From positions 192,001 through 256,000 of the forward strand of contig JBNKBE010000002.1 of NCBI GenBank assembly GCA_050287085.1: a stretch of 64,000 bases of DNA, read 5' to 3'. Below are positions 36,040-44,400 of this stretch, in pieces (positions within the stretch are counted from its first letter, which is position 1; each line of letters opens with the position of its first letter). The notes below the pieces were generated by a model. The model was not told the origin of the DNA. It did not search any database and worked only from the letters and a program-made list of their open reading frames with translations. The stretch is from Polyangiaceae bacterium (GTDB lineage: Bacteria > Myxococcota_A > Polyangia > Polyangiales > Polyangiaceae). Made by a program: the position numbers and the translations under genes.

Positions 36040-37137
36040 TCAGCTGGCCTGTCGAGCGGGAACTGGGATATCCAGTTTTCCGCCGCTCTGCGCCATCATG
36101 TAGCTGATTGCCTTCTCGAAGAAGGCTCGCAAGAAGGGCACCTCGGCTGGCGTATTCTCAGAGAGGCCACAGCTCTCGACGACCAGTATCGTCGCCGCTA
36201 CTTTCAGGGCGGCCGCTTCTCCGTCGCGGCTGAGGACGGAGATGCCTGCGTCGCGCATGCGACGGACCAGCGCCCCTCTGACATCGGGCGAGAAGAAGCG
36301 GTCGGTCGCCGCAAGCATCTCGCTGCGCAGCGTCTCGCCGATCAGGTTGTTATCGGGTTGCTCCCCAGCTGGCAGGCTCTGACCAACGCGAGTGAGGAGT
36401 TCTCGCACGGCGTTTTGACTCGGCAGCCAGGTGCGAAACTCGGGCCAATGATGCAGGACTCCTGAGTCCTTGGCCATCTCTCGCGCATCATCCAGCGCGA
36501 CAAGTAGCCCCTCTGCAACAAATGGGTGTTCGGGCGTTTCGTCTGGAATCGGCTCGAGCAGTGGTTTTGCTGTCATGAACCCCAGGGGCTCGGGGGTTCC
36601 CTTCTGCGCATGCGCCTTGCGCGACTGCGCGATGCGATGCCGAGCCCAAGAGACGGGCACCTCCACCGGACCGTAGCCTGCGTCGCGCAGGACCTTGGCC
36701 ATCTGCGCCTTCACCTTCTGCGGGGTCGCGTGCGTGTTCTCGACGCGGAACACGCCCTGCTCTTCACTGGCATAAACCAGACATGCGGGCCCTGCGTTTC
36801 CGCGGCGACTTGCACAAATGGCTACGATGCCCACCCCGGCGGAATCCGGCGATAACAGGTAGGCGATCGGAGCATCTGGGGCTTCTGCTGGCGTGCGTCG
36901 AATGGGGGCTGGAATGGTGACGCCACGGCTCTTGAGTACGTTGAGACCTCGACGGGCCGCTTTGCGTGCTGGCCCGCTTGCTCGCAACGCGGCCTCTTGC
37001 ACTGCTCCCGCGTTGGAGGCATTCACCCATGCGTGGACAAGGGCCTCAGCGCGGGTGCCGACGTTGGCGAGTGCGGCAAGCGCTCCCTCTGCGCCGACAG
37101 AGACGGTCTCGGGAGAAAAAGGTGTTTGGGTGGACAT
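36040..37137 (-). CDS. Hypothetical protein
   Basis: 365-aa ORF 24 bp downstream of ridA on the same strand. No catalytic motif recognised. Confidence 0.7.
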   Translation of the reverse strand: MSTQTPFSPETVSVGAEGALAALANVGTRAEALVHAWVNASNAGAVQEAALRASGPARKAARRGLNVLKSRGVTIPAPIRRTPAEAPDAPIAYLLSPDSAGVGIVAICASRRGNAGPACLVYASEEQGVFRVENTHATPQKVKAQMAKVLRDAGYGPVEVPVSWARHRIAQSRKAHAQKGTPEPLGFMTAKPLLEPIPDETPEHPFVAEGLLVALDDAREMAKDSGVLHHWPEFRTWLPSQNAVRELLTRVGQSLPAGEQPDNNLIGETLRSEMLAATDRFFSPDVRGALVRRMRDAGISVLSRDGEAAALKVAATILVVESCGLSENTPAEVPFLRAFFEKAISYMMAQSGGKLDIPVPARQAS

Positions 37138-37161
37138 AGTGGTTTCTCGTTATTCTGGAGC

Positions 37162-37554
37162 TCAGGGCTCCCGCTGCACAGCAATTGCGTCGATTTCGAC
37201 GAGTGCGCCTCGCGGAAGCGACGCGACTTCGACTGTGGCGCGTGCCGGCTTTCCTTCACCGAAGAATTCAGCGTACGCGTCGTTGAAAGTGGTGAACGCT
37301 GATAGATCCGTCAGGTAGCAGGTCGTCTTGACGACTTGCTCCAGGTTGAGACCAGCGGCGTTCAAGATGGCTTGTAGATTGCGCAGCACCTGCCGAGTTT
37401 GCTCGGCAACCCCTCCGGGGACGAGACCGGTCCCATCTGGCAGCAGGGGGATCTGGCCGCTGACGAAGACCAGCTGCCCCGCCACCACGGCTTGGCTGTA
37501 GGGACCGATTGCGGCGGGGGCATCTCCGGTTTCGATGTGGCGGGGTGAACGCAT
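37162..37554 (-). CDS. ridA: RidA family reactive-intermediate/imine deaminase
   Basis: APAAIGPYSQA, VSGQIP, VVKTT, FNDAY, PARATV and LPRGALVEI motifs. Confidence 0.94.
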   Translation of the reverse strand: MRSPRHIETGDAPAAIGPYSQAVVAGQLVFVSGQIPLLPDGTGLVPGGVAEQTRQVLRNLQAILNAAGLNLEQVVKTTCYLTDLSAFTTFNDAYAEFFGEGKPARATVEVASLPRGALVEIDAIAVQREP

Positions 37555-37624
37555 TGCGGTGATGATTCCCTGCCGCCGGAGCACAAATCAACCGCAAATC
37601 ATGACTCCGGTTCAGGAAGGTCGC

Positions 37625-38257
37625 TCAGCCCGGGCCCCCAACGCCCCGACGTCCCCGAATCGCGCGGCTCAGCGTGATCTGATCGGTAAATTCCAGATCC
37701 CCGCCGTGGGGGATCCCGCTGGCGATGCGGGTGACCGTGGTAGAGTCGCTTTGCAGTTCTTGGGCGAGCAAGAGCGCGGTGGCTTCGCCGTCCACTGAAG
37801 GCGGTGTGGCCACGATAATCTCGCCTACACCTTCGGCGACCCGGGCGCGGAGCTCGGCTAACGGAAGCTCTTCTGGACCCACGCCGTCCAGAGGGGACAA
37901 GAGCTTGCCTAGCACGAAGTACGTCCCCGGCATGGCGCCGCTGCGTTCGAGCGCGATGAGATCGACCACCTTGGCAACCACACAGAGCAGCGATCGGTCT
38001 CGATTCGGGTCCTGGCAAATGCGACACAACAGCTCTTCGGGCTCGGCTGCATTGTCGACGCTGCGCTCGGCGATGTTGCCGCAGCGGGTGCACAATCCCA
38101 CCCGCGCAGGCAAATCGAGCAGAGCGGCGCCGAGCGCATGTGCGAGGGCGAATTGGTTGTCCAGAAAGTGCAGCGCGAAGCGCTGAGCGGTCTTTTCACC
38201 CACTCCGGGAAGTCTGGCGAAGAGTCGAGTCAATGTTCTAAGGGAATCGGGCAGCAT
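37625..38257 (-). CDS. recR: Recombination mediator RecR
   Basis: LPGVGEKTAQR (HhH), C4 zinc finger, LSPLDGVGP, DGEATA and TRIASGIPHGGDLEF (TOPRIM). Confidence 0.97.
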   Translation of the reverse strand: MLPDSLRTLTRLFARLPGVGEKTAQRFALHFLDNQFALAHALGAALLDLPARVGLCTRCGNIAERSVDNAAEPEELLCRICQDPNRDRSLLCVVAKVVDLIALERSGAMPGTYFVLGKLLSPLDGVGPEELPLAELRARVAEGVGEIIVATPPSVDGEATALLLAQELQSDSTTVTRIASGIPHGGDLEFTDQITLSRAIRGRRGVGGPG

Positions 38258-40195
38258 CTAGGACTCGGGGAGTTGTATGGTCTTGAGGCGCGCGCCCAGT
38301 ACGCGAACCGCCTCCGTTACGAAAGGGTGCTGGCGAGCGGCTTCCTTCGCGCGTTGCTCCGCCTCGCGTCGAACGGCCTTGTCCTCATCCGAAATGGTCT
38401 CCATGTCGCGCCGGTCGTGCCGCTCTTCGAACTGGAGGTCTGGCGAAGCGGACCATTGCTCGCGTGCAGCCTTCAAGATGAGCGCTTTGGCAGCTGGCTC
38501 CTGGATGGTCTGGCCGACAACGCCGTGGGGGTCGTATTGCAAGCGGATGCGCACGGGGCTGGCCTCCACGGCGCGGGTGTGGCTCAAGAAAGCGACCAGC
38601 TTCTCGTCGGCGATGCGTGTTAGCAGGTGTCGCCACGTCCTCATTGCAGCCGCGGATTCCGTCTCGTCGGCATCGTCGAAGGGGGCGTCGCGGGCATTTC
38701 TGGCTAGCTCGCTGGCCGAGCTGCGAGGCGCGAGGTCGGCGCTGGCCGGCGGCGTTCCGGAAGTGGGCTTCGGGGCTGGGGATGGCGGAGGGGCCTGAGG
38801 CTGCTCGGCGACGGGCGCTCGCTGGACCTGGCTGATTGGTATCAGGGGGCGTTTGACCTCTTTTCCGCTGTCCTCTGGGCCCGGGTCGGGGTCGTCTGAA
38901 GCGTCCGGCGTCGGAACGCTCTTGGGCTGTTCTGCCCTTGGAGCGCGTCCGCCGCCGGCGCTGGGACGTGTGGCTTCAGGGGATGCCGGAGGAAGGGCCT
39001 GCCGCGCACGAGGAGCGGCCTGGGCTTTCTGACTCGGTTGTGTTGTGTACAGCCGCCGCTCCAGGCGCACCAGGCGATCGAGCAGGTCGGCGACGGGGAT
39101 AAGGGGCGGACGCCGGCACAATCGGATCAAGAGCATTTCCAGCGCCGCTCGCGGCTGATGTCCGCGGGCGACTTCGTCGTAGCCGCGCGCAAGCGCTTGG
39201 TGCAGTCTCAGTACATCGTCTGTGGAGCTAGCCGCGAGCGCCTTCAGTGGCTCGTATTCTTCGGTAGGCACGTCGAGTAGACCGTCGTGATCCGTCGTGC
39301 TCTGAGCCACCACAGCATCGCGAAATACGTGTAATAGATCGCTGGCAACCTGCACCACCTCGAAGCCTTGGTTGGCCATGGTGGCGATCCGCTGGAGTGC
39401 GGCGGACGCGTTTCCTTCGACGACGGCGCGCGCCAGGTCGAAGAGCGCCTCGCGACTTGGGACGCCGAGCACTTGGGCCACCGTTTCAGCGCTGAGCTGG
39501 CTTGCGTCGAAGGCGAGCACTTGTTCGAGCAGGCTCATCGCGTCCCGCATGCTTCCGGCGGCCTGGCGTGCCAGAACATGCAAGGCGCTGTCCTCGGCTG
39601 CGATGCCTTCGGCCAGCAGCACGCTGCGCAGGCGTTCGAGGATCTTCTGTGCGGGGATCAGTTTGAAGTCGAAGCGCTGTACCCGCGAAAGAATGGTGAC
39701 GGGCACCTTATGCGCCTCAGTCGTGGCGAAGATGAACTTGACGTGCGGCGGCGGCTCTTCCAGCGTCTTCAAGAACGCATTCCAGGCCGCCTGCGAGAGC
39801 ATGTGAACTTCGTCGACGATGATGACTTTGAAGCGATCTCGGGACGGTCGGTAAGGCAGGGATTCCTGGAGGCGCCTCACTTCGTCGACGCCGTTGTAGC
39901 TAGCCCCGTCGATCTCCTGCACGTCTACGTCGCGGCCAGTCGCGATCTCCCGGCACGCGGCGCACTCCAGGCAGGGCTCGACCGACGGTCCGTCGTGGCT
40001 CATGCAATTGAGCGCTTTGGCTAGAATGCGCGCACTGGTTGTCTTCCCGACGCCGCGGACCCCGGTGAAGAGGAAAGCATGCGCCACCCGATTGTGAGCG
40101 ATGGCACTGCCCAACGTCTTGGCAACGTGTTCTTGGCCCACCAAGTCCGAGAAGGTCATGGGGCGCCATTTGCGAGCGAGGACGACGTAGTTCAT
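38258..40195 (-). CDS. dnaX: DNA polymerase III subunit gamma/tau
   Basis: YVVLARKWRP, GVRGVGKTT, EIDGAS, DEVHMLS, LKTLEEPP and GSMRDA motifs; Pro-rich linker and C-terminal domain; ATG at 40195. Confidence 0.97.
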   Translation of the reverse strand: MNYVVLARKWRPMTFSDLVGQEHVAKTLGSAIAHNRVAHAFLFTGVRGVGKTTSARILAKALNCMSHDGPSVEPCLECAACREIATGRDVDVQEIDGASYNGVDEVRRLQESLPYRPSRDRFKVIIVDEVHMLSQAAWNAFLKTLEEPPPHVKFIFATTEAHKVPVTILSRVQRFDFKLIPAQKILERLRSVLLAEGIAAEDSALHVLARQAAGSMRDAMSLLEQVLAFDASQLSAETVAQVLGVPSREALFDLARAVVEGNASAALQRIATMANQGFEVVQVASDLLHVFRDAVVAQSTTDHDGLLDVPTEEYEPLKALAASSTDDVLRLHQALARGYDEVARGHQPRAALEMLLIRLCRRPPLIPVADLLDRLVRLERRLYTTQPSQKAQAAPRARQALPPASPEATRPSAGGGRAPRAEQPKSVPTPDASDDPDPGPEDSGKEVKRPLIPISQVQRAPVAEQPQAPPPSPAPKPTSGTPPASADLAPRSSASELARNARDAPFDDADETESAAAMRTWRHLLTRIADEKLVAFLSHTRAVEASPVRIRLQYDPHGVVGQTIQEPAAKALILKAAREQWSASPDLQFEERHDRRDMETISDEDKAVRREAEQRAKEAARQHPFVTEAVRVLGARLKTIQLPES

Positions 40196-40444
40196 GGAGC
40201 GGGTGGCACTTCTGGGGGCCCGCAGCGCGGGTGCTGGCCGAGGAACAGCATCGGGAGCGACCAACTCGCCCTGCGTGCCGATTCGCCAGTCGGTGTAGCA
40301 GGTTGGTGACGGCGCCACACGCGTTGCGCGACAGAAGGACCGCGTCGGGCTGCCCGCTCGGCCGCGTCAAGAACTCGCACCTTGGGCTTTTCTGACGCGA
40401 GGGAAGGGGTCGACGAGCTCCCGCAGCTGGGCTAGGCAAGAGCC

Positions 40445-41755
40445 ATGGGTCAAGCGTCGCTGGGGCGGGAGGAGCTCGTCGCCCTCGACAAGCAGCATGT
40501 CTGGCATCCCTACACGCCGATGGGGCGCTACGTCGCGGAAGCCGATCCGCTCGTAGTGCAGAGCGCTTCCGGCTGCTGGCTAGAGGACGTCGATGGGCGT
40601 CGCTACCTGGATGGGAACGCATCGTGGTGGGTGTCCGTCCTGGGGCACAACCACCCGCGCCTGGTGCGGGCGCTTCGGGAACAGGCCGAACGCATGTGCC
40701 ACGTGTCGCTGGCTCAGGTGACCCACGAGCCAGCGGCGCGTCTTGCGCAGGAGCTTGTAGCACGCGCTCCTTCGGGTCTGAGTCGGGTGTTCTACAGCGA
40801 CAATGGCTCGACCGCGGTGGAGGTCGCCATCAAGATCTGCCTGCAGTATTGGCAGCAGGTCGGGTATCCCCGCAAGCGCCGCTTCATCGCGCTCAGCGAT
40901 GCATTCCACGGCGAGACACTCGGGGTGACTGCCCTCGGTGGAGTTGAGGTCTTTCGGCGACCGTTCGCTTCGGCTCTTATGGAGTGTCTGCACGTAAGCC
41001 CCCAGCGCGGCGGCTACGAGCAGGCGTTTGCGGCGCTCGAAGCGGAACTGCGCGGAGCCGCAGACAGCATCGCGGGGGTGGTCGTCGAGCCTTTGCTTCA
41101 GGGCGCGGGGGGCATGCGTGTCTATCCCGCTGAATACCTGCGCGCTTTGCGAGAGTGGACGCGTCGCAGCCATGTGTTTCTCGTTGTCGATGAGGTGTTC
41201 ACTGGCTACGGCCGGACCGGCACCTTCTGGGCCTGCGAACAAGCCGCCATCTCTCCGGATCTCATGTGCATCGGGAAGGGCTTTTCCGGGGGCATTCTCC
41301 CGATGGCCGCGACACTTGCTACGGAGTCGGTTTTTGACGGCTTCTTGGGCGCCGATGAACGGGCATTGTTCTATGGCCATACCTACTGTGGTCATCCACT
41401 GGGGGCTGCCGTGGCGCGCGAGGTCCTGCGGATCTACGAAGAAGAAGCCATCGTTGAGCGTAGTCAGCCCAAGGCGGAGATGATCGCTGCGGCCGTCGAA
41501 CGCTGGTGCCAGCTACCCGGGGTCAGCGAAGGACGCTCGTTGGGAATGATGGGGGCGGTTAGGGTTGGGGCAGGACACGGCTATCTCGCTCGCGCAGGCT
41601 GGCGAGTTACGGCGGCGGCGCGTCGCCGCGGGGCCTACATCAGACCGTTGGGTGACGTTGTGTACGTGACCCCACCGATCAACATCCCGGACCCAGAACT
41701 CGAGCAGCTCCTGGGCATCGTAGAAGAGTCTCTGCGAGAGGAACTGGTGGGTTAG
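40445..41755 (+). CDS. bioA: Adenosylmethionine-8-amino-7-oxononanoate aminotransferase
   Basis: VWHPYTPM, ASWWV, DNGSTAVEVAIK, FHGET, EPLLQGAGGM, DEVFTGYGRTG, GKGFSGG and RPLGDVVY motifs. Confidence 0.93.
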   Translation: MGQASLGREELVALDKQHVWHPYTPMGRYVAEADPLVVQSASGCWLEDVDGRRYLDGNASWWVSVLGHNHPRLVRALREQAERMCHVSLAQVTHEPAARLAQELVARAPSGLSRVFYSDNGSTAVEVAIKICLQYWQQVGYPRKRRFIALSDAFHGETLGVTALGGVEVFRRPFASALMECLHVSPQRGGYEQAFAALEAELRGAADSIAGVVVEPLLQGAGGMRVYPAEYLRALREWTRRSHVFLVVDEVFTGYGRTGTFWACEQAAISPDLMCIGKGFSGGILPMAATLATESVFDGFLGADERALFYGHTYCGHPLGAAVAREVLRIYEEEAIVERSQPKAEMIAAAVERWCQLPGVSEGRSLGMMGAVRVGAGHGYLARAGWRVTAAARRRGAYIRPLGDVVYVTPPINIPDPELEQLLGIVEESLREELVG

Positions 41756-41824
41756 CCGACCGAAGTTATTCATCAGGGACGGGTATGGAATAGCTAAGTG
41801 GTCTGAGGGGTCTGACAATATGAC

Positions 41825-43231
41825 ATGACCTTTGCCAATCAGTCACAGGACCCAGCTCAGACTTCCGACCCAGCTCTGACAGCCGAGGGCGCCGTCACGA
41901 CGTTGCTGGTCGTCGACGACGACGCCAGCAATGCGGAGTCGCTGCAGCGCATCTTCGCCAAAGAGGGGATGCGGGTCCTGGTTGCGGCCAACGCACGCGA
42001 CGCGCTCGACGTCGTGAGAACCCGGCACGTCCAAGTGGTGTTGACCGATCTGCGGATGCCCGGGCCGTCGGGGGCCGACCTATTGCGCGCTATCAAAGAG
42101 CTTTCTCCGGATGCGGAGGTCGTGTTGATGACGGCCTATGGCACCGTCGAGAACGCCGTCCGCGCGATGCGGGACGGCGCCTACGACTTCGTGGAGAAGC
42201 CGCTCAAGCGTGCAAGCATCGTCAAGAGCGTACGCAAGGCGGCGGAACGGCAGTCCCTCGTAGCCGAGAATCGCTCCCTGAAGCGGGAGCTGCAGAAGCT
42301 GACCCAGCGCGAGATCATTGGGCATAGCCACGCCTTACGTCGGGTGCTCGAGGTGGCCAATCAGGCGGCGCCCTCTTCGGCGACGGTATTGATCCTGGGC
42401 GAAAGCGGAACCGGGAAGGAGCTGCTGGCTCGCCATATTCACGTTCGCTCCACCCGGGGCGACGGCCCTTTTGTCGCGGTCAACTGCTCGGCGATTCCAG
42501 AGACGATCCTCGAGTCCGAGTTGTTCGGCCACGAGCGGGGGGCTTTCACGGGCGCCGTGGCCAAGCGCGCGGGGCGCTTTGCTCGGGCAAGAGGGGGGAC
42601 TCTGTTCTTGGATGAGATCGGTGAGCTGACCCCTGCAGTTCAGGTCAAGTTGCTCCGAGTGCTCCAGGAGGGGGAGTATGAGCCGGTGGGGGGCGATCCG
42701 GTGCGTTCGGACGCGCGTATCGTGGCGGCTACCAACCGCGATCTGCTCGCGGAGGTGGAGGCCGGACGCTTCCGCGAGGACCTGTATTATCGTTTGAACG
42801 TCATCGCCATCACGGCGCCGCCCCTTCGGGAGCGGCGGGAGGACGTTCCCCTGCTGGTAGACCACTTTCTCGGGATCTACTGCCGCAAGAATGCGCGTTC
42901 TCGGCTGGAGGTGCCCGCTGAGGTGATGAAGAAGCTCGCCGACTACGAGTGGCCCGGCAACGTGCGCGAACTCGAAAATGTGATCGAGCGTTCGGCCGTG
43001 TTATGCGGTGGCCGGGAGTTGACGATGGCGGAGCTGCCCGAGGCGATCGCCTCGGCCGAAGCGGCGCCTGCCAAGCACTTCACCGTCCCTCTCGGCATTC
43101 CAATGGAGGAAGTCGAGATGCGGCTGATCAAGGAGACCCTCGCTCGCACGGGCGGCGACAAGGGCCTAGCAGCCCAGTTGCTGGGGATCTCCACGCGAAC
43201 CATCTATCGGAAGCTTGGGGACGCACGTTGA
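41825..43231 (+). CDS. Sigma-54-dependent response regulator (NtrC-family enhancer-binding protein)
   Basis: Receiver domain (VVDDD, LTDLRMP, EKP); AAA+ motifs GESGTGKE, GAFTGA, LFLDEIGE, FREDLYYRL and WPGNVREL; C-terminal Fis-type HTH. Confidence 0.97.
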   Translation: MTFANQSQDPAQTSDPALTAEGAVTTLLVVDDDASNAESLQRIFAKEGMRVLVAANARDALDVVRTRHVQVVLTDLRMPGPSGADLLRAIKELSPDAEVVLMTAYGTVENAVRAMRDGAYDFVEKPLKRASIVKSVRKAAERQSLVAENRSLKRELQKLTQREIIGHSHALRRVLEVANQAAPSSATVLILGESGTGKELLARHIHVRSTRGDGPFVAVNCSAIPETILESELFGHERGAFTGAVAKRAGRFARARGGTLFLDEIGELTPAVQVKLLRVLQEGEYEPVGGDPVRSDARIVAATNRDLLAEVEAGRFREDLYYRLNVIAITAPPLRERREDVPLLVDHFLGIYCRKNARSRLEVPAEVMKKLADYEWPGNVRELENVIERSAVLCGGRELTMAELPEAIASAEAAPAKHFTVPLGIPMEEVEMRLIKETLARTGGDKGLAAQLLGISTRTIYRKLGDAR

Positions 43232-43240
43232 TGCTTCCGT

Positions 43241-43294
43241 TGTCATTTTGGCAAATGGGTCGGGATGGGCTTGCTCCTGCTTGCCACTCTGGCG
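43241..43294. promoter_or_regulatory. Candidate upstream activator sequences: two TGYCA-N3-TGGCR imperfect palindromes
   Basis: TGTCATTTTGGCA (43241-43253) and TGCCACTCTGGCG (43282-43294), 41 bp apart, upstream of the sigma-54 promoter. Confidence 0.55.
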
Positions 43295-43357
43295 CGAGCG
43301 CTCTCTTCAGTGCGGTGACGTGGCCGGAAACCCCCTGTTTTTTTGGTGGTTGACCTC

Positions 43358-43373
43358 TGGCACGGCTCTCGCT
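43358..43373 (+). promoter_or_regulatory. Sigma-54 (-24/-12) promoter of the T2SS operon
   Basis: TGGCACG-GCTC-TCGCT versus consensus TGGCACG-N4-TTGCW. GG(43359-60)-N10-GC(43371-72) spacing is exact. Confidence 0.8.
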
Positions 43374-43390
43374 TTAACCCGCTCGGGCGT

Positions 43391-44398
43391 ATGGGCTTGG
43401 ACACTCAAATCAAGCGGTTCTTTCCACTCATCATCGGTTTCGGACTGATGTGCATCGCCTATTTTCAGGCTTCGGGATTGGTTGAGTTGCTCGTGGGCAC
43501 GCGTCTTGACCCGCGACCCGAGGAGCTGGCCGGGGTGAATGCTGCTCGGCTCTCACGTCCTCGGGCGGAAGTGCCGACGAGGCCGACGGCGGCGGGACTG
43601 ATCGCACACAATATCTTCGAATACGGTGTCGACCTCGATCCGAAACCCGTGGTGGAGGAGCAGGAGCCAGCGGCGGCTCCCGAACCCACCGGCATGGACG
43701 ACCCCTTGCGAGCAGAACTGTGTCCGGACATGGGAGTTGAAATCGTCACCGAGTCCCAAGACCGAGTTTGGTCGGTGACGGTCATCCGTGGTCCGGGAGA
43801 GAAAGAGGCGATGTTGCGCCGAGTGGGGGATAGCGTCGGCGAGTATAAGGTCGAGTATATCGGCTACAATTGGTTGGAACGTAGCCCCGCGGTGTGGCTG
43901 AGCAAGGCTGGCTCTTTGTGCCAGGTATTGCTCTTTGAGAGCGAGCAAAAAGCGGCCCCGGCAAAACCTACTAAGCCTGAACCAGCGCCCGAACCGGAAG
44001 AGCCGCCCGCTCAGCCAAAGCGCGGTGCTCCGGACCTTCCCGACGAGTTGGCGAGCAAGATTGAGAAGGTGAGCGAGACCGAGTTCAATATCGATCGCGC
44101 CGTGATCGACAACGTGCTCGAAAACCAAGCGATGCTGATGCGCTCTGCACGCCTGGTGCCGGAAAAAGGGGCCGATGGTAAGGTGGTTGGGATTCGCCTA
44201 TTTGGCGTTCGCCCCAAGACACTGCTCGGCACTCTTGGTCTCATGAACGGAGACCGTCTCGAAACGATCAACGGGTTCGAAATGGCGAGTCCCGAAAAGG
44301 CCCTAGAGGCGTACGCGCGTTTGCGCACCGCCAGCAAACTCAACATTAAGATCACGCGTCGCGGAAAGCCGACGACGCTCGACTTCAACATCAAGTAA
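43391..44398 (+). CDS. gspC: Type II secretion system protein C
   Basis: N-terminal TM, HNIF motif, HR-like region and C-terminal PDZ-like GIRLFGVRP...LGLMNGDRLETING; first gene before gspD. Confidence 0.85.
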   Translation: MGLDTQIKRFFPLIIGFGLMCIAYFQASGLVELLVGTRLDPRPEELAGVNAARLSRPRAEVPTRPTAAGLIAHNIFEYGVDLDPKPVVEEQEPAAAPEPTGMDDPLRAELCPDMGVEIVTESQDRVWSVTVIRGPGEKEAMLRRVGDSVGEYKVEYIGYNWLERSPAVWLSKAGSLCQVLLFESEQKAAPAKPTKPEPAPEPEEPPAQPKRGAPDLPDELASKIEKVSETEFNIDRAVIDNVLENQAMLMRSARLVPEKGADGKVVGIRLFGVRPKTLLGTLGLMNGDRLETINGFEMASPEKALEAYARLRTASKLNIKITRRGKPTTLDFNIK

Positions 44399-44400
44399 CA

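Noticed and set aside
38258..39100. Programmed -1 frameshift in dnaX producing gamma
   Set aside because: No A-AAA-AAG heptamer or long A run seen in the linker-coding region.
40196..40444. SRP RNA (ffs), often found upstream of dnaX
   Set aside because: The conserved CAGG-N-GGAAG-N-AGCAG domain IV motif was not found on either strand by eye.
43343..43390. gspC start at 43343 as in the ORF track
   Set aside because: It would place the sigma-54 promoter inside the coding sequence. ATG 43391 gives a typical short N-terminus before the TM.
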